DNA of 64,000 nt from an uncultured Pelagibacteraceae bacterium (GTDB lineage: Bacteria > Pseudomonadota > Alphaproteobacteria > Pelagibacterales > AG-422-B15): contig CACHYW010000002.1 in NCBI GenBank assembly GCA_902584215.1, forward strand, positions 11,506 through 75,505, given 5' to 3'. The translations under genes were made by a program, and so were the position numbers. The notes below the pieces were generated by a model. It saw nothing but the letters and a program-made list of their open reading frames with translations, was not told the origin of the DNA and ran no database searches. This document shows, piece after piece, positions 61,085 through 64,000 of the stretch; within the stretch, counting starts at the first letter, position 1, and the number at the start of each line of letters is the position of its first letter.

Positions 61085-61314
61085 GTAAAATTCCTGAGGA
61101 AATAAATAAGCTATCTTTTGAAAAAGCAATGGAAGAATTATCTGAAATTGTAGAAAATCTTGAAAGTGGCAATATAGATTTAGAAAAATCTATAGAGTAT
61201 TATACCAGAGGATCACATCTTAGATCTCATTGTCAAAAGAAATTAGATGAGGCGGTCCTTAAACTTGATGAAATTAAAGTATTGCCTGATGGAAAAATTT
61301 CAAAAAAAAAGTGA
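61081..61314 (+). CDS. xseB: Exodeoxyribonuclease VII small subunit
   Basis: 77 aa, FEKAMEELSEIVENLESGNIDLEKSIEYYTRG. Confidence 0.85.
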   Translation: MSKIPEEINKLSFEKAMEELSEIVENLESGNIDLEKSIEYYTRGSHLRSHCQKKLDEAVLKLDEIKVLPDGKISKKK

Positions 61315-62133
61315 ATGAGGCATCAGAACATTAAACAAGATTTGAGAAGTTTTTGTAAAGAATTTAATCCATTTTTAAAAAAAAAATTCATTCCTGATAA
61401 AAATACTTTAAATCAATCAATAAAATACTCAATCAATTCTGGTGGCAAAAGATTTAGACCATATTTGGTCTATGTATTTGGTAAAGAATTTCAATTGTCA
61501 AAAAATATAATTTTTAATTTAGGTTCAGCTATTGAAATGTTGCATAATTATTCATTAGTACACGATGATTTACCATCTATGGATAATGATAAATATAGGA
61601 GAGGGAAGAAAACAACTCATTACAAGTATAATGAATTTACAGCTATTCTTGCTGGTTGTGGGCTTCTGACAAAATCTTATTTAACTTTAGCGAGTAAGGA
61701 ATTTAATATAAGCGAAGATAAAAAAATAAAACTGATACAGCTTTTGAGTCAATTTTCAGGAGAAAAAGGTTTATTATTAGGACAATATATTGATTTAAGC
61801 TCTTCAAATGCAAAATTAGAAAAAAGGATTGAACTTAATAAACTTAAAACTGGAATGTTAATGTCATTTTGTTGTCAGGCAGTGGCAATATCTGCTGGAA
61901 AGAGTAAAAAAATTGAAAAATTTCTTGCTGATATAGGTATGTATATTGGTGAAATTTTTCAAATAAATGATGATTTTGAAGACTTTCCACGTATGTCAGC
62001 GAAAAATAAAAAGTTTTTTGAGGACTATAAATTAAAACTTTCTGAAAAAATTTATACAACTTTCAAAAAAATAAATCTTAAAAATAAGAAAACTTATTTA
62101 CTTATTGAATATTTATTAGATCTTAAAGTTTAA
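61315..62133 (+). CDS. ispA: (2E,6E)-farnesyl diphosphate synthase (polyprenyl synthetase family)
   Basis: First Asp-rich motif [18 protein letters not shown], second INDDFED; typical xseB-ispA linkage. Confidence 0.8.
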   Translation: MRHQNIKQDLRSFCKEFNPFLKKKFIPDKNTLNQSIKYSINSGGKRFRPYLVYVFGKEFQLSKNIIFNLGSAIEMLHNYSLVHDDLPSMDNDKYRRGKKTTHYKYNEFTAILAGCGLLTKSYLTLASKEFNISEDKKIKLIQLLSQFSGEKGLLLGQYIDLSSSNAKLEKRIELNKLKTGMLMSFCCQAVAISAGKSKKIEKFLADIGMYIGEIFQINDDFEDFPRMSAKNKKFFEDYKLKLSEKIYTTFKKINLKNKKTYLLIEYLLDLKV

Positions 62134-63212
62134 CCACACTGAGCTTTATTACGTATGATATGATCAGCTAGAACACATGCTGTCATTGCTTCAGCAATAG
62201 GAACTGCTCTTAAACCCACGCATGGATCGTGCCTCCCTTTTGTGGATATGGTTGTATTTTTTAATTTATTATTAATTGTTTTTTTTGTTTTTAAGATTGA
62301 AGATGTTGGTTTCACCGCAATACTTATATTAATATCTTGACCACTTGAAATGCCTCCTAAAATGCCTCCAGAATTATTCGATGAAAAGGAAATTTTCTTA
62401 TTTTTAACTCTTATTTCATCTGAATTTTCATCACCAGAGATTTCAACAGACTCATTTCCTAGACCAATCTCAACTCCTTTAATAGCGTTGATGCTCATCA
62501 TTGCGGATGCTAAGTCAGCATCTAATTTACCGTAAATAGGCTCACCAAGTCCTGAAGGAACATTCTTTGCATTTACCAGTATTTTTGCACCTAAAGAAGT
62601 TCCGTTTTTACGAGTTACATCTAAATACTCTTCCCATGTCGATATGATCTTTTTGTCAGGACAAAAGAAATTATTTTTACGAACTTCATTCCAATTAAAA
62701 TGCTTAGGATTTATGCTCATCTTCCCAATTTGTGTCACTGCCCCTTGTATAGATATCTTTTTCTTTGAAATATGAGCAATAACTTTTCTAGCTACTGCTC
62801 CTGCAGCAACACGACTAGCTGTTTCTCGAGCAGATGAGCGACCACCTCCGCGGTAGTCTCTTATTCCGTACTTAAGAAAGTAAGTAATGTCTGCATGGCC
62901 AGGTCTAAATTTATTCTTTATTTCAGCATAATCTTTTGATTTTTGATCCTTGTTCCAGATTAAGAGCAAAATAGGTGTTCCAGTTGTTTTTCCATCAAAA
63001 ACCCCAGAGAGAATAGAAACCTTATCATCTTCTTTTCTCTGAGTTACGAAACGAGAAGTTCCTGGTTTTCTCATATCTAAATATTTTTGAATATCATTTT
63101 CATTAAGTGGAATCATTGGAGGACATCCATCAATTACACAACCAATAGCTACACCATGGGATTCTCCCCAAGTGGTAAAACGAAATAATTTGCCAAATGT
63201 ATTATGTGACAT
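62130..63212 (-). CDS. aroC: Chorismate synthase
   Basis: [12 protein letters not shown]-terminus and [10 protein letters not shown] motif. Confidence 0.9.
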   Translation of the reverse strand: MSHNTFGKLFRFTTWGESHGVAIGCVIDGCPPMIPLNENDIQKYLDMRKPGTSRFVTQRKEDDKVSILSGVFDGKTTGTPILLLIWNKDQKSKDYAEIKNKFRPGHADITYFLKYGIRDYRGGGRSSARETASRVAAGAVARKVIAHISKKKISIQGAVTQIGKMSINPKHFNWNEVRKNNFFCPDKKIISTWEEYLDVTRKNGTSLGAKILVNAKNVPSGLGEPIYGKLDADLASAMMSINAIKGVEIGLGNESVEISGDENSDEIRVKNKKISFSSNNSGGILGGISSGQDINISIAVKPTSSILKTKKTINNKLKNTTISTKGRHDPCVGLRAVPIAEAMTACVLADHIIRNKAQCG

Positions 63213-63215
63213 GAT

Positions 63216-64000
63216 TTACTTTTCTCTTATCGCCAAGTTATCTACTAAACTTGTAAGATACACCTTATATCTATTATCTTCAAATTTATTAATACTCGAC
63301 TTTGCTTTTTCATTATATTTGAGCAGAAAATCAATCGACTTTTGATAAGAGTCAGTTTTTTCCATTAATTTTAACAAAACAGTAAGATCTTTCTTATTTC
63401 TTTTTTTCTTAAGAAATAGTTTTGTAATTATTACTTTTGATTTCTGATCAGAATCTCTAAAGCATTGGATCACAGGATATGTAACTTTTCCTTCGTAAAA
63501 ATCTTTCCCAATTGATTTACCCATTTTATTTGAATGTCCAAAATAATCTAAGATATCATCTGACAACTGAAACGACATGCCAAAATAATATCCAAATTCA
63601 TTAAATATTTTTTGAATTTTTTTATTTTGTTGTGCAATTATGGTTGGAAGAAAACATGATACTCTAAACAGCTCTGCTGTTTTAGCATTAATAATTGATA
63701 GGTATTGTTTTTCACTCAATTTTATATTTTGGGCATTACCAACATCTTGTATTTGGCCTCTCGCTAGTACGAGCGAGGTTTGTGATAAGATTTCTAAAAG
63801 CTTAAGAGACTTATTTTTGACCATGAGTTTAAATGCCTTACTTAAAAGATAGTCACCCACGAGGACGCTAACCTTATTGCCCCAAATTTCGTTAGCACTT
63901 TTCTTGCCTCTCCGTATTTTTCCAGTATCTATAACGTCATCATGCAATAAAGTTGCGTTATGTATGAATTCAATGCATACAGCCAGCGTCACATCAGCAT
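63216..64000 (-). CDS. ispB: Long-chain polyprenyl (octaprenyl) diphosphate synthase, N-terminus beyond the window
   Basis: LLHDDVIDTGKIRRGK and FQLSDDILDY motifs. The reading frame stays open to nt 64000. Confidence 0.85.
   Translation of the reverse strand, partial: ADVTLAVCIEFIHNATLLHDDVIDTGKIRRGKKSANEIWGNKVSVLVGDYLLSKAFKLMVKNKSLKLLEILSQTSLVLARGQIQDVGNAQNIKLSEKQYLSIINAKTAELFRVSCFLPTIIAQQNKKIQKIFNEFGYYFGMSFQLSDDILDYFGHSNKMGKSIGKDFYEGKVTYPVIQCFRDSDQKSKVIITKLFLKKKRNKKDLTVLLKLMEKTDSYQKSIDFLLKYNEKAKSSINKFEDNRYKVYLTSLVDNLAIREK

Overview
This is a visibly AT-rich, very gene-dense chromosome segment with many 1-nt and 4-nt gene overlaps and very short intergenic spacers. Gene content and order point to an alphaproteobacterium: tkt-gap-pgk-fba, coiled-coil/zapA/5-FCL/ymdB/yebC, tolQRAB-pal-cpoB-tilS-ftsH-folP-glmM, rpoH/rluD and split pntAA/pntAB/pntB. 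The streamlined style resembles marine Pelagibacterales-type genomes, but that is inference only because no search was run. I support about 75 CDS and two tRNAs (Val-GAC, Arg-TCG). I also found three small genes absent from the ORF track: rpmJ, rpsU and a 36-aa membrane peptide upstream of pntA. I saw no rRNA, CRISPR, transposase, integrase or recognisable defence system. Most of the window is housekeeping. The accessory-looking part is 43-57 kb, where several routes appear to converge on glycine betaine. It holds choline dehydrogenase, a DMT transporter and a ProXWV-type betaine ABC transporter. It also holds a gamma-butyrobetaine hydroxylase / L-carnitine dehydrogenase / BKACE module with acetoacetyl-CoA synthetase and an aldehyde dehydrogenase. 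Finally it holds a tightly coupled BBOX-like dioxygenase plus HD-domain pair that matches the TmpA/TmpB trimethyl-aminoethylphosphonate oxygenase architecture. Other points worth a second look are listed here. An Hjc-type PD-(D/E)XK nuclease sits where ruvC normally follows yebC. A SET-domain protein is coupled to galE. pntAA and a quinone oxidoreductase are each split by one extra A in a homopolymer. rpsU has ATA at the exact initiator position. The 260-nt leader upstream of a KAS III-like gene carries a strong-SD micro-ORF and two perfect inverted repeats. All functional calls rest on motif recognition in the supplied translations; no database search or statistics were possible.
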